64,000 nucleotides of DNA from Selaginella moellendorffii (GCF_000143415.4 NW_003314288.1:1770672-1834671), one strand, 5' to 3'. Positions 52,520 to 64,000 are shown, counted from the first letter of the stretch. Notes: generated from the sequence alone by a model not told the origin. A program made the numbers and translations.

Positions 52520-53757
52520 CTTATGTTGATTGGAGCATTCTCCCAAATGTCTTTAGGAGCTTACACTTATGTGGATTGGAACATTCTTCTAGACGTCTTT
52601 AAGTCTATATTTGAACATGTTAATGATTATAATGAATGCAATTTGGTGTGATGAATATAATTGGTGTTCTCTTTCGAAGCCTTCTGCTTCTTGCAAACCC
52701 ATATATGTCATAGTAAATCAAGTCCTATCATTGTCAACATGCAAAGTATAAAGTGGATGATTTGGTGTTTAATTTGATGAGAATTAGAGTATTCTCCCAA
52801 ATGTCTTTAAGTGCATATTTGGACATGTTGATGATAGTGATGAATGCAATTTAATATTCTCTTTCAAAACTTTTTGCTTCGTATAAACCCAAATATGTCA
52901 GAGCAAATCAAGTCTTATTATTGTCAACTTACAGAGTATAAAGTGGATGATTTAGTGTTTGATTTAATGAGATTTAGATAAAGTGGATGATTTGGTATTT
53001 GATTTGATTAAATTCTGATATATTGTCATTGTAGATCCTTAGAACATTGGGAGATAAATAGAGATAAAATAGCCATCAAGGGCTCTTTCATCAAACAATT
53101 ACCCTCTTTTCAATTGGTTTAATACGAGAGAGATATAGTGCATTACATATGGTATTGGAGAAAATGGTATGGATTCAACTCCAATTAATCAGTGGTTATT
53201 GAAAATATAATATACCCTTGAGTAAAATATAATTTTACCCCTAAATTTGAAATTATATATATTGGGCATCCATACGTATATCCTTCCTCTTGTAGAGTGG
53301 GATTGTGGTATGGGTGCATGATTAATTGCCTCACATAGAATAGTAGGACTATAGTACGAATAAATGACTAGTTGTCTCATATGGAATAATTGATCTACAC
53401 AATGGAAGAATTGGTAAATTTAACCTTTTTATCCTTCCAAGAATAGTAGGATTGTGGTACAGTTGCCTTATATGAAATAGCAAAACTGTGGTACAAATGG
53501 ATGATTAATTGCCTTACATAGAATAACTAGTTTATATAATGGAAGGATTGGTAGATTAAGTCCTTTTATCCTTCTGAAAAGAGAGGATGATGTGAGGTCC
53601 AAGTATACAATTGCAATGTTGTATTCTTATATTAGTATAAAGGGATTTCAAATTGATTTTAATCTAGGCTACTCAATTCTATATATAAACTATGGTTTTT
53701 GGGCTAATTGATATGCATATTTATGTATTCCATTTCCATATTCTATGTATTAATAGT

Positions 53758-54308
53758 CACTTCCGAAAGGGAAACTAATTGCGATGCTTCCAGCTCATAT
53801 GAAGTAGTGCCCCACTTGAGTACCTTGCAGCTCATTGGTCCTCACTCCTTCCTATAGGCTTGGATCTTCCCTTTGAGATGGAAGTGGGGGAGTAAGGGTA
53901 CCCATATAAGGCCATTAGGCCATAGTGTTCTCTATTAATGTCCCAAAGCAAGTGATGCACCCAAGACTTAGGATTTAGAAGGTCCCATAATTAAATTTTA
54001 TTGTACTAAGGGATGTTAGGAACATGGAAGTTTAGTGTGCTTGGCTACTTATACTTACATGGAGTATAACTGAACCTTAAATTCAATCTAACTTAGGGAG
54101 GGAAATTGGGAGAAAATTTAGGAATCTATGGATGGATGGCTAATGCTCTATTACTTATATAGTGAGTAGCTGAAACTAAATAAGACCAAATAAAAGCTAA
54201 TACAATAGGCAAGAACCTTAGTGAGGTAACTTAACTAAAGCCAAGGCAATGGTGGTCAAATAAAAAAGGTAAGTTGATAAATTGGAAAGGAAACATTTGT
54301 GGCTTACA
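53758..54308 (+). mobile_element. Old truncated LTR (3' half) of the same chromovirus family
   Basis: Colinear with 56976-57513 (CCGAAAGGGAAAC...GTGCCCCACTTGAGTACC...AAATTGGAAAGGAAA...TTTGTGGCTTACA) with heavy transition decay. Confidence 0.85.
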
Positions 54309-56299
54309 CAGAGTTGCTTTTGTACACCAACAACTACTTCAACATCCTTGACTCAAGGGTGCAAATCTTCCTAGTGCTCAAGTTCTACTACTGCCAATTG
54401 AATGACCTTGTACCCATGATAGCTGTACGGATGGAAGATGGTGGCATGTACTATAGCTATTTCATTTGGAGAGCAAGGCTTATGTCCCAAGCCTTTGGAG
54501 TTTTTGAGTGGCAAAGGGATTGAGGTGACTAGCTTTGGGCATGATAGGCTTGCATATGATCGGCTTGGTTTACCACCAAAATGCTCTAAGGCGGTCTTTC
54601 TGGATAGGTAAAATACACAATATAACACCCTTCTTTATTTAGGGTGGGCCCCATTTACTTATTTGGACTTGTATGCCATCTCATTGCTTACATAGGCATG
54701 CCACCTCATTGCTATAAATTAAAGATTGTTCTAGTATATTATTTTTTCAATTATTTTTAAGTATTTAAAAGTACAAAATAAAATATACTATTTATTCTAC
54801 TATAACAGTATTATCCTCGATTCTATACCATAATATGACTACATAGAATGATTTAATACGATTTGTATAAACTTCAGTCATGGGATCAACAAAACTTTGA
54901 GAGTGGTTTACTGTATAATAAGTGAAGTTCAACAAATTCAACCACTCTAAATCATAACCAACCCAATAAATATATATAATTGTTCCTAAAATATTAATTA
55001 TAATTATTAGTTAATATAATTATAGAAATAGAACTTTCCTAGTTTAACATATGTATATAATATATCAATTAAAGTTTGTGTAGTACAAGTGGCCACTGAA
55101 GCCATAAACATTCAATTTGAATCACATTGAATTCCTTCAAAGACTTGTTGACCTTTTACTCTTCTACCACAATTATAGTTTTGCTTACCAAACTTACTTT
55201 CATCAATTTCCATAATTCTTTCTGGACTACCAATCTTTTGACTACTTCATTACAATGTAATAACACAAATATCATGACAAAAGTTGTACTAATTTGTTGT
55301 TTTGTGCTCACTTTAATATTACACTATGAACTTGATCTTGTGGCATTTTAATATATCAACAATACATCACTCTAAACATTTGAATAAATGTGAAATTATT
55401 ATTTGTAAATCAAATATTAACTCTAAGAAATCTTGTGGATTGTAATTTTTATAATTCTAGTTCAAACCATCTTTACAACCTCGATTATCAGATCGATATT
55501 TCATTAGTCAATGGTATCTTTCATATTCTCTCTCTTCTAGAAGAAGACTAACCGTAACACAAAAAGTAAAAGAATTTATCTTACTATTAGTTCTCCCAAT
55601 AAAATCAAAGAAAGAAATAATATTATCTTAAGAAAAAAATAAAAAGGAGCGCACATATAAAACACGATGAGGAAATGTTGTGAATGTGATTTCGGGTATC
55701 GAAAGTTATCTGTCAGCTAGTCCTTTCGAATATTCTTTCCTTATTGCCACGACAGTAGAAAGTCAGGATTGCTAGACCCTTTATCAATCTCCCCCTAAGC
55801 TAGTTGAGAAACTGATCATTATGTATGCACTTAGATCGAAAGGGCACTAAAGAAAGAAATCCTAAATTGTCATTTAGTCAAGCATACTTGACATAGTGAT
55901 AAGAAATTCATATTGTTGGCTTGCATTTGCTAGTGTTGGGAACCCCCATGATATTAAGTTTGGTCCCTCAATATTCATTAAATGATAGCTTACTGTGTCT
56001 GCCAAACACCTTTACTATCATGTACATTGTGTTAGTTCCATTTGATCCTAATTACTATTTATAGAAAGTGTCTAAATTTCCTAATTTGGCATATCTATGG
56101 AATGTAAAAACTATCTTAAACACAAAGGTGTTCATCCCGTATCCAAATTCTCAATCTATTGCCAGTCGCTCCATGCTCCTATCCCTTCACTCTTTAGGCT
56201 ATATACTTGGGAGTCACTCCATGTTCCAGTAACTTCACTTTTTGGCTCCATGCTTGGGAGTTTGGCTTCGTTCCTTCATTCAGTGGCCCAAAGCCCTGA

Positions 56300-56352
56300 T
56301 GTAAGCTCTTGAGTTTGGACTTCCCGGGAGGTCACCTAGCCCAGTACTATTC
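56300..56352 (-). mobile_element. Cassandra-type LTR fragment cut by the chromovirus 5' LTR
   Basis: TGTAAGCTCTTGAGTTTGGACTTCCCGGGAGGTCACCTAGCCCAGTACTATTC abuts the gypsy LTR. Confidence 0.9.
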
Positions 56353-59300
56353 TGTAAGGAACCGACTCCCCGAGATGTCGTAGGCTAAAGGATCCCCAAA
56401 AGCTTGACCGAAATAACAAAGAGTTTATCGGATGGGACCAAGTCGAGGATCGAGTCCAAGACCGACTCTAGGACCGAGTTCGAGATAGAGTCCGGAATCG
56501 AGTCTGAGACCGACTCGGGGACCGAGTTCGAGTCCGAGTTCGAGACCGAGTTCGAGACGGAGTCCGAGATCCGAAATCGGGTCCGAGACCGAGTCCGAGG
56601 TCGAGTCCAAGGTCGGGTCCGAGATCGGGTCCGAGATCGAGTCCGTGATCGAGTCCGAACCCGAATCCGAAGTCGGATCCGAAATTGGGTCCGAGATCGA
56701 GCCAGAGACTAAGTCCAAATACTAATACGGGTCAAGGGGTGAAAGCCCAAAGCGTGCGTCTCCCAGGGGGGGGGGGGGGGGGGGGGGGCCTCCCGGGGGT
56801 TCCAAAAGTATAGTAGGGATAGTGAGGTCCAGGAACCAGTTTTGAAGGGACTCTCCAGTTGGGCTTCCAAACCGACTTGAGGTTGGGACTGGGACCGAGG
56901 GGCCTTGGGTGGGAGTGAGCATGGACTTGGCTGGTGCCGGAGGGGCCATCCAAGGAAGTGCTCAAGAGCAGCTCCCACTCCCGAAAGGGAAACCGATTGC
57001 GGTGCTCCCGGCTCATGTGGAGTGGTGCCCCACTTGAGTACCATGCGGCTCATTGGTCCTCGCCCTTCCTAGGGGCTTGGGCCTTCCTTCGGGATGGAAG
57101 TGGGGGGCGAGAGGTACCCATACCGGGCCGCTAGGCCACGGTGTTTCGCCCCGACGTCCCGAAGCAAGTGTTGCACTCAAGACTTGGGATTTAGAGGGTC
57201 CCATGATCAGGTCTTGTGGTACCAAGGGATGTTAGGAACCTGGAAGCTTGGTGTGCTTGGCTGCTTGTGCTTGCGGGGAGTGTAGCCGAACCTTAAGTCC
57301 AGTCTAACCCGGGGAGGGGGATTGAGAGTGATTTGGGAATCCGTGGAAGGATGGCTAACACTCTGTTGCTCGTGCAGTGAGTAGCTGAAACCAAGTAGGA
57401 GCTGGTACCATAGGCGAAAACCTTGGCAAGGGAACTTAGCAAAAGCCAAGGCAGTGTTGGACGGATAGACGAGGTAAGCCGGCAAATTGGAAAGGAAAAA
57501 TTTGTGGCTTACAATTTGGTATCAGAGCCTCTTCCTCAGTTCTAGCGAAGGATAGAGGCGGATTGCTGGGAGATGGCAAGGGCAGGACGTAAGCGAACCC
57601 AGGCAGAGACGGAACCTCCTCCAGAGCTGGAGCCTCCGGTCGAATAGGAGGCGATGGATGAGGAATCCTTGCATGAGGAGGACTCCAGTGAGGCAACTTC
57701 CAAACAAGAGTCTGGTGGTGAGGTTCGGTCGTCCAAGGCTCGATTGGATGTTTTAGAAGGACAATTGGCACAGACCAATGCCCTGCTAGAGACTCTCGTA
57801 TGCAAGCTAAAGCGTGACGAGAAGCGGAAGAAAAAGCGAAAGACTGCGGATGCTGGCAGCGCAGAAGGTGCGGACCCTTCGGCAGGGACTGAGGCAAAAC
57901 CAGACAAGGTCGAACAGACCGAAGTGGAATCGGTCCCTCAGGCAGTTCCCAAGTACAAACCAAAGCCCCCACCGGTCTTCAAGGGAGTGAACGACTATAA
58001 GGTGGTGGAGGATTGGTTCTACGATATGGAGGACTACTTCCGAGCGTTGCGATTACCAAGCTCGGAGAAGGTCCCATGTGCAAAACCATACTTGGCAGAT
58101 AATGCCAAGTCTTGGTGGAGAACGACAGAGGCCAACGAAGGACCGGTGGCCACTTGGGAAATGATGAAGGTGAGGATCCGCACAACTTACGTTCCTCCGA
58201 ATGCTACTCTGCATCTAAGGGACGAGCTGAGTAGGCTGAAGTAGACCGGAACCATTCAGGAGTATGTGAATGGGTTTATGGCAAAGAGGATACTTGTCAC
58301 GGACATGGGGGATATGGATGCGTTCCATGCCTTCATATCAGGTTTGCAAACCTGGGCTCGCGGCGAAGTAATGCGGTGGAACCCGACCAACTACAAAGAA
58401 GCGTTGGATGCGGCCATTAAGGTGCATTTCAACGATAACCTGCGAAAGGGGAACACGACGGGGTCGGGATCCACGTTTAGCAAAGGGGCCAAACCAAGGG
58501 GAACGTTTAGCAGAGGGAAATTCAAGAAGAGTTTCTCTAAGAATGAGTCCTCGAGGTTCCGGAAAGGCAGATCCGGTGGCCAGCGAGCGAGTACGTGGGG
58601 GAGTCAGGCAAAAAGAGACAAACCCACGGATAAGAAGGTCAAGTCATATAGCAGTGTGGGAAACAACGTATGCTACAACTGCGGTGAAGCGGGACACTTC
58701 TCGAGGGAATGTCCCTACCCGAAGAAAGCCAGAGCCAATATGGCCATCAAGTCGGGTGAAGTCCAAACAGAGGTATGTGATCCAGCCCCTAACTCAAAGT
58801 TACTCATTACACGAGCAACTTTGGTAGAGAGTCGTTCGCGACATCTACTAGCCCTCCGAGGGAAGCTCGGAGGTAGCTTTGTTAAAATCCTTATTGACAC
58901 GGGTGCTTCGGATAATTTTGTGGCTGCAGACATAGTCCGGCAAGCCGGACTAATGGTGCAGCGGCTAGGCGAACCAAGGACTATAGAGTTTGTTCAAGGT
59001 AGCCAAAGCACCGATGAGGTACTTCGACAAGCGAGAGTCGAAGTGGGGACTTGGAAGGTGGACATGGACTTCACCGTGTTGGACATGGCGGGATTTGACG
59101 TGATCTTCGGAATGGACTGGTTCAATCGATTCGTGGTAGCCCTACATGGACAAGGTAGAAACCTTGTGGTACTGGCGAATGCCCAAGGAAGAAGATCTAG
59201 GGTGGAGGCCCAAGATCTAAAGGTAGGGCAAAGCAAGGCCAAAGATTCCTGCTTAAACCTGGTGTCCACGAGAGGACAACTCACTAAGGGAACTGAGGCA

Positions 59301-62300
59301 GCCTTTTTGTGCTTACTCTCGGTGAAGAGTGATAGAAAGACAGGAATGGAAGAAGTACCTTTAGTGATCCAACGGGTGTTGGACCAATTCCAGGATACCA
59401 TGCCGGAGGAGCTACCGGCGGGGCTGCCCCCAGCACGACCGATAGAACATAAGATTGAGCTGGTCGAGGGTGCTGAGGCAGTGGTTCGTCCCCCTTATCG
59501 TTTGAACGAAAAAGAACTCAAGGAGCTCAAGTGCCAACTAGAGGAGTTGGTGGACAAAGGGTATGTTAGGTTGAGCAAGTCGCCATATGGGGCACCGGTG
59601 TTATTTGTGAAAAAGAAAGATGGATCTATGCGCATGTGCATAGACTACCGCTTGCTCAACAAATATACAAAGAAGAACAAGTACCCTTTGCCAAGGATTG
59701 AGGATCTGTTCGATAGGTTGGGAAAGGCAAAATACTTCTCGAGGATTGACCTAAGGTCAGGATACTACCAGATCAGGGTAGCCGAGGAAGATGTCGAGAA
59801 GACAACCTGTCGAACGAGGTATGGGAGCTTTGAGTTTCTGGTGATGCCCTTCGGGCTATGTAATGCACCGGCAACGTTTTCGGCGCTAATGAACCACGTC
59901 TTTGTACCCTATCTGGATCACTTCGTGGTCATCTATATCGACGACATCCTGATCTATAGCGAGACGCTAGAAGAGCATGCCGAACACTTGGCGAAGGTGT
60001 TTGAGAAACTAAGGGAGCACAAGCTGTATGCTAAAGAGAGCAAATGTGACTTTGCTCAACAAGAGGTAAAGTTTCTCGGGCATGTGGTGGGCCAGGACGG
60101 GCTCAAGGTGGACCCGGAGAAGGTCCAAGCGATCTAGGAATGGGAGCGACCATCCAATGTACACGAGTTGAGGGCATTCCTGGGGCTATGCAACTACTAT
60201 CGAAAGTTTATCAGACACTATTCGAGAGTAGCCCTGCCCTTAACGGACCAAACAGGAAAAGGGAAGATGGTGTGGACAGCGGAATGCGAGGCGGCATTCG
60301 TCCACCTCAAGGGGAAGTTGAGGAAGGCTCCCGTATTGGCATTACCAGACTTTGGTAAGGACTTTGAGGTAGAAACGGATGCTTCGGACTTTGCGTTGGG
60401 TGCAGTTCTGAAGCAAGACAACCATCCGGTAGCGTTCTTCTCGAAGAAGCTGGACAAGGCTCAACGGAAGTGGCCTGCCCACGAGAAGGAATTGTTTGCG
60501 GTGGTCAAGGCACTCAAGGAGTGGCGACACTACCTTGGGAGACACTTCAAGGTTTACACGGACAATGTGGCAACGAAACACTTCTTGTCACAGCCCGACC
60601 TAAGAGGGAAACAAGGTCGGTGGGCCAATGCCTTGGCCGAGTTTGATTGCGAAATTCTGTACAAGCCTGGGAAGAGCAACATCGTGGCGGATGCGCTAAG
60701 TCGAAAAGCAAGCTTGAAGTTGGCAATATCCAGCGCAACAGCAACCTTCTGGGACGATGTGCGGACAGCATATGAGAACGATGGTCTAGCACAGGAAGTG
60801 TTGCTGAGGAATCTAGAGGCGCGGGAAGCTCACCAGAAAGGTGAGCTGCCAACGGAAGAGAAAACGGGCTATGCGGAACGCAACGGACTCATTTATTACA
60901 AGCAAACGAGGGTGTATGTTCCAAAAGGGGAACTAAGGAAGGTGGCCTTAGAAGAGTGTCATGATGGACCTCTTGCGGGACACGGTGGAGTGCCCAAGAC
61001 GATGGGCTTACTCAAAAGGAAATACCATTGGCCAGATATGGCTAAGGACGTCCAAGACTATGTAAAGACATGTCCAACATGTCAGCAGGTAAAAGCCGTG
61101 ACTAAGGCTAGTGGGGGCTTGTTGCAAAGCATCCCAATTCCAGATCGCCCGTGGAAATGTCTTACGATGGACTTCATCACGGGACTCCCCCCAAGCGAGG
61201 GGTTTGATGCGATATTCGTGGTGGTGGACCGATTTTCGAAAATGGCACATTTCATACCCACCACAACAGAAGTGGATGCGGAAGGTGTGGCGAAGCTGTT
61301 CTTCGAACAAGTGGTTCGAGTGCGGGGAAGGCCGGAAGAGATTATCTCAGATCGAGATAAGATCTTCACTAGTAGGTTCTGGAGGACACTCCTAGAACAG
61401 TATTGCACCAAATTGAAATTCAGCACAGCCTATCACCCATAGACAGGTAATGGGTATTAAGTCAAGATTGATGGCACTAACACTTCTTGACAGACGGACA
61501 AACGGAAAGGGTGAATAGGCAGCTGGAGGATTATTTGCGATGCTATGTCTCGGGAGACCAGACCGACTGGGTAAGTCATTTGGGACTTGCGGAAATGTGT
61601 TATAACAACTCACCACACTCAAGCATCGGGGTGAGTCCATGGGAAGTCATCAATGGGCGAGCTATTGAAGGTCCTGTGGAACTCGGCGTGGCCGAGTATC
61701 ATGGAGAGTTACCCGCAGTGGAGGCATTCATGGCGGAAAGACTCAACATTTGGAATCTAGTGAGGGATTCCTTGGAACGGGCTCAACAAAGGCAAACTAA
61801 GTACGCGAACCAAAAGCGTCGGGATGTGGAGTTCCAAGCTGGGGAGAAGGTGTGGCTGAACACCAAGAACCTCAGACTACCAAGTGGGATCAGCCGAAAG
61901 TTGACTCAAAGGTAAAGATGCATGTATTCCTGTAAATGAATTGATCTTGAGTTCCTTAAGCAGGTTCGCGGGGCCTTATGAAATTGAGGCACGAATCGGT
62001 AAAGTGGCTTACCGACTCCGACTTCCTCGAGAGATGGGGAAGATGCACCCAGTGTTCCACGTGAACTTACTCAAGCCGTACTTTGAGGATCCGCTTCGCA
62101 AGGACCAAGTGAGACCTTTACCTGAGGTTATCCAAGGGGAAGAGGAATACGAAGTCGAGGCCATCCTCAATGCGCACAAGAGCAAGCGACAAGGACGCGA
62201 GGTAAGAGAGTTCCATGTGAAGTGGAAAGGATTTCCACACTGCGAAGCAACATGGGAACCGGAGGAGAACCTAGCGAACGCTCGAGAACTAGTGGAGGAA

Positions 62301-63898
62301 TTTCTGCAAGGCAGAACTCTATGTACTTATGCAAAATTCAATTAAAAATATCAATTTGCAAAGTTGAGCAAGTGCAATATGTTGGGACCCGAAGGCGCGC
62401 CAAAGGTAAGCTAATTAGCATGGGTTGGATAGGTCGACCAGGCGTAGGGCACTACGCCCGACTCCCCGCGGGGATGTCGAATCCGTAGATGTATTCTACG
62501 GAGGTTGGGTTCGAGTCCCAACCCCCTAGTAAAGCAAGGCTGGGTTCAAGTCCCGACCCCATACTAGGGCGTGGTGAGGTGAGGAGTATAGGGACACCTA
62601 TATTCCGTTGTCATGGGCTCTTGGCCGGGGAGGCTAACTTAGGCACACCGCTAAGTGGGGGGATGCCCCCGGAGACATGGTCAACAAGTCGTAGGATAAA
62701 ACGAGACGTTCGATGTGGGCATCGAACTTCTTCTATGGGTGGTGGAGTTGTAAGGAACCGACTCCCCGAGATGTCGTAGGCTAAAGGATCCCCAAAAGCT
62801 TGACCGAAATGACAAAGAGTTTATCGGATGGGACCAAGTCGAGGATCGAGTCCAAGACCGACTCTAGGACCGAGTTTGAGATAGAGTCCGGAATCGAGTC
62901 CGAGACTGACTCGGGGACCGAGTTCGAGTCCGAGTTCGAGACCGAGTTCGAGACGGAGTCCGAGATCCGAAATCGGGTCCGAGACCGAGTCCGAGGTCGA
63001 GTCCGAGGTCGGGTCCGAGATCGGGTCCGAGATCGAGTCCGTGATCGAGTCCGAACCCGAATCCGAAATCGGGTCCGAGATCGAGCCAGAGACTAAGTCC
63101 AAATACTAATACGGGTCAAAGGGTGAAAGCCCAAAGCGTGCGTCTCCCAGGGGGGGGGGGGGGGGGGGGGGGGGCTGCAGGGGGTTCCAAAAGTATAGTA
63201 GGGATAGTGAGGTCCAGGAACCAGTTTTGAAGGGACTCTCCAGTTGGGCTTCCAAACCGACTTGAGGTTGGGACTGGGACCGAGGGGCCTTGGGTGGGAG
63301 TGAGCATGGACTTGGCTGGTGCCGGAGGGGCCATCCAAGGAAGTGCTCAAGAGCAGCTCCCACTCCCGAAAGGGAAACCGATTGCGGTGCTCCCGGCTCA
63401 TGTGGAGTGGTGCCCCACTTGAGTACCATGCGGCTCATTGGTCCTCGCCCTTCCTAGGGGCTTGGGCCTTCCTTCGGGATGGAAGTGGGGGGCGAGAGGT
63501 ACCCATACCAGGCCGCTAGGCCACGGTGTTTCACCCCGGTGTCCCGAAGCAAGTGTTGCACTCAAGACTTGGGATTTAGAGGGTCCCATGATCAGGTCTT
63601 GTGGTACCAAGGGATGTTAGGAACCTGGAAGCTTGGTGTGCTTGGCTGCTTGTGCTTGCGGGGAGTGTAGCCGAACCTTAAGTCCAGTCTAACCCGGGGA
63701 GGGGGATTGAGAGTGATTTGGGAATCCGTGGAAGGATGGCTAACACTCCGTTGCTCGTGCAGTGAGTAGCTGAAACCAAGTAGGAGCTGGTACCATAGGC
63801 GAAAACCTTGGCAAGGGAACTTAGCAAAAGCCAAGGCAGTGTTGGACAGATAGACGAGGTAAGCCGGCAAATTGGAAAGGAAAAATTTGTGGCTTACA
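56353..63898 (+). mobile_element. Full-length Ty3/gypsy chromovirus LTR retrotransposon
   Basis: LTRs at 56353-57513 and 62749-63898 (TG...CA; roughly 98-99% identical by eye); PBS TGGTATCAGAGCC at 57517-29 (tRNA-iMet); PPT before 62749; domain order gag-PR-RT-RH-IN-chromodomain; no TSD. Confidence 0.97.
57573..62345 (+). pseudogene. Single-frame gag-pol polyprotein with in-frame TAG stops and two introns (61447-61493, 61912-61963)
   Basis: CCHC knuckle [14 protein letters not shown], protease [17 protein letters not shown], RNase H TDASD, integrase HHCC and D,D(35)E, GPY motif, chromodomain YEVEAIL...VKWKGF...TWEPEENL. Confidence 0.93.
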
Positions 63899-64000
63899 AC
63901 AATCTATAAGGTTCAAATATAAAGGGAAAGGGCCCATGAACAAGAGTGCACCCTCTTTTCCAATCGGTTAAGGGTCTTGGGATATTTGGGTTAAGCGTCA
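63899..64000 (+). mobile_element. Cassandra-type LTR fragment in the opposite orientation, abutting the chromovirus 3' LTR
   Basis: ACAATCTATAAGGTTCAAATAT...GGGCCCATGAA...CCAATCGGTTAAGGGTCTTGGGATATTTGGGTTAAGCGTCA is the reverse complement of the middle of the TRIM LTR. Confidence 0.9.

Noticed and set aside
56404-56712. ORF with (RDRV)n and (ETEF)n low-complexity peptide, also at 62800-63096
   Set aside because: It is the translation of the LTR 12-mer array with a non-ATG start in the 5' copy; no evidence of coding function.
62500-62550. tRNA gene in the retrotransposon 3' region
   Set aside because: Only T-arm-like hairpins; no D arm, anticodon arm or acceptor stem.

Overview
Eukaryotic land-plant DNA, most likely the lycophyte Selaginella (inferred from 45-60 nt introns, very tight gene packing, PLS-type PPR genes, a sperm-flagellum gene and a cyanovirin-N homolog). 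Bases 1-44.6 kb are gene-dense: an EGF-like GPI-type protein (partial), a frameshifted G-type lectin receptor kinase, two PPR genes, GH38 alpha-mannosidase, GH116 glucosylceramidase, two tandem SCPL carboxypeptidases, an orphan trypsin-like ORF, argininosuccinate synthase, tRNA-Leu(CAG), a MYB-CC factor, histone H2A, a GDSL lipase, an MFS transporter, a CVNH lectin, an ARM-repeat protein, a subfamily II bHLH, SPEF1 and a GH17 glucanase. Bases 44.6-64 kb are a repeat nest with a 329-bp tandem repeat, Cassandra-type TRIMs whose LTRs carry a 5S rRNA core, decayed LTRs and a near-intact Ty3/gypsy chromovirus (56353-63898). The most striking result is that the chromovirus integrase is split by two host-sized GT-AG introns; removing them restores the D,D(35)E and GPY motifs exactly. 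The element also has a hairpin-dense 3' UTR and shares LTR termini, PBS and PPT signals with the neighbouring non-autonomous 5S-TRIM, making it a candidate helper for that TRIM. All family assignments are from motif recognition; no database searches were run.
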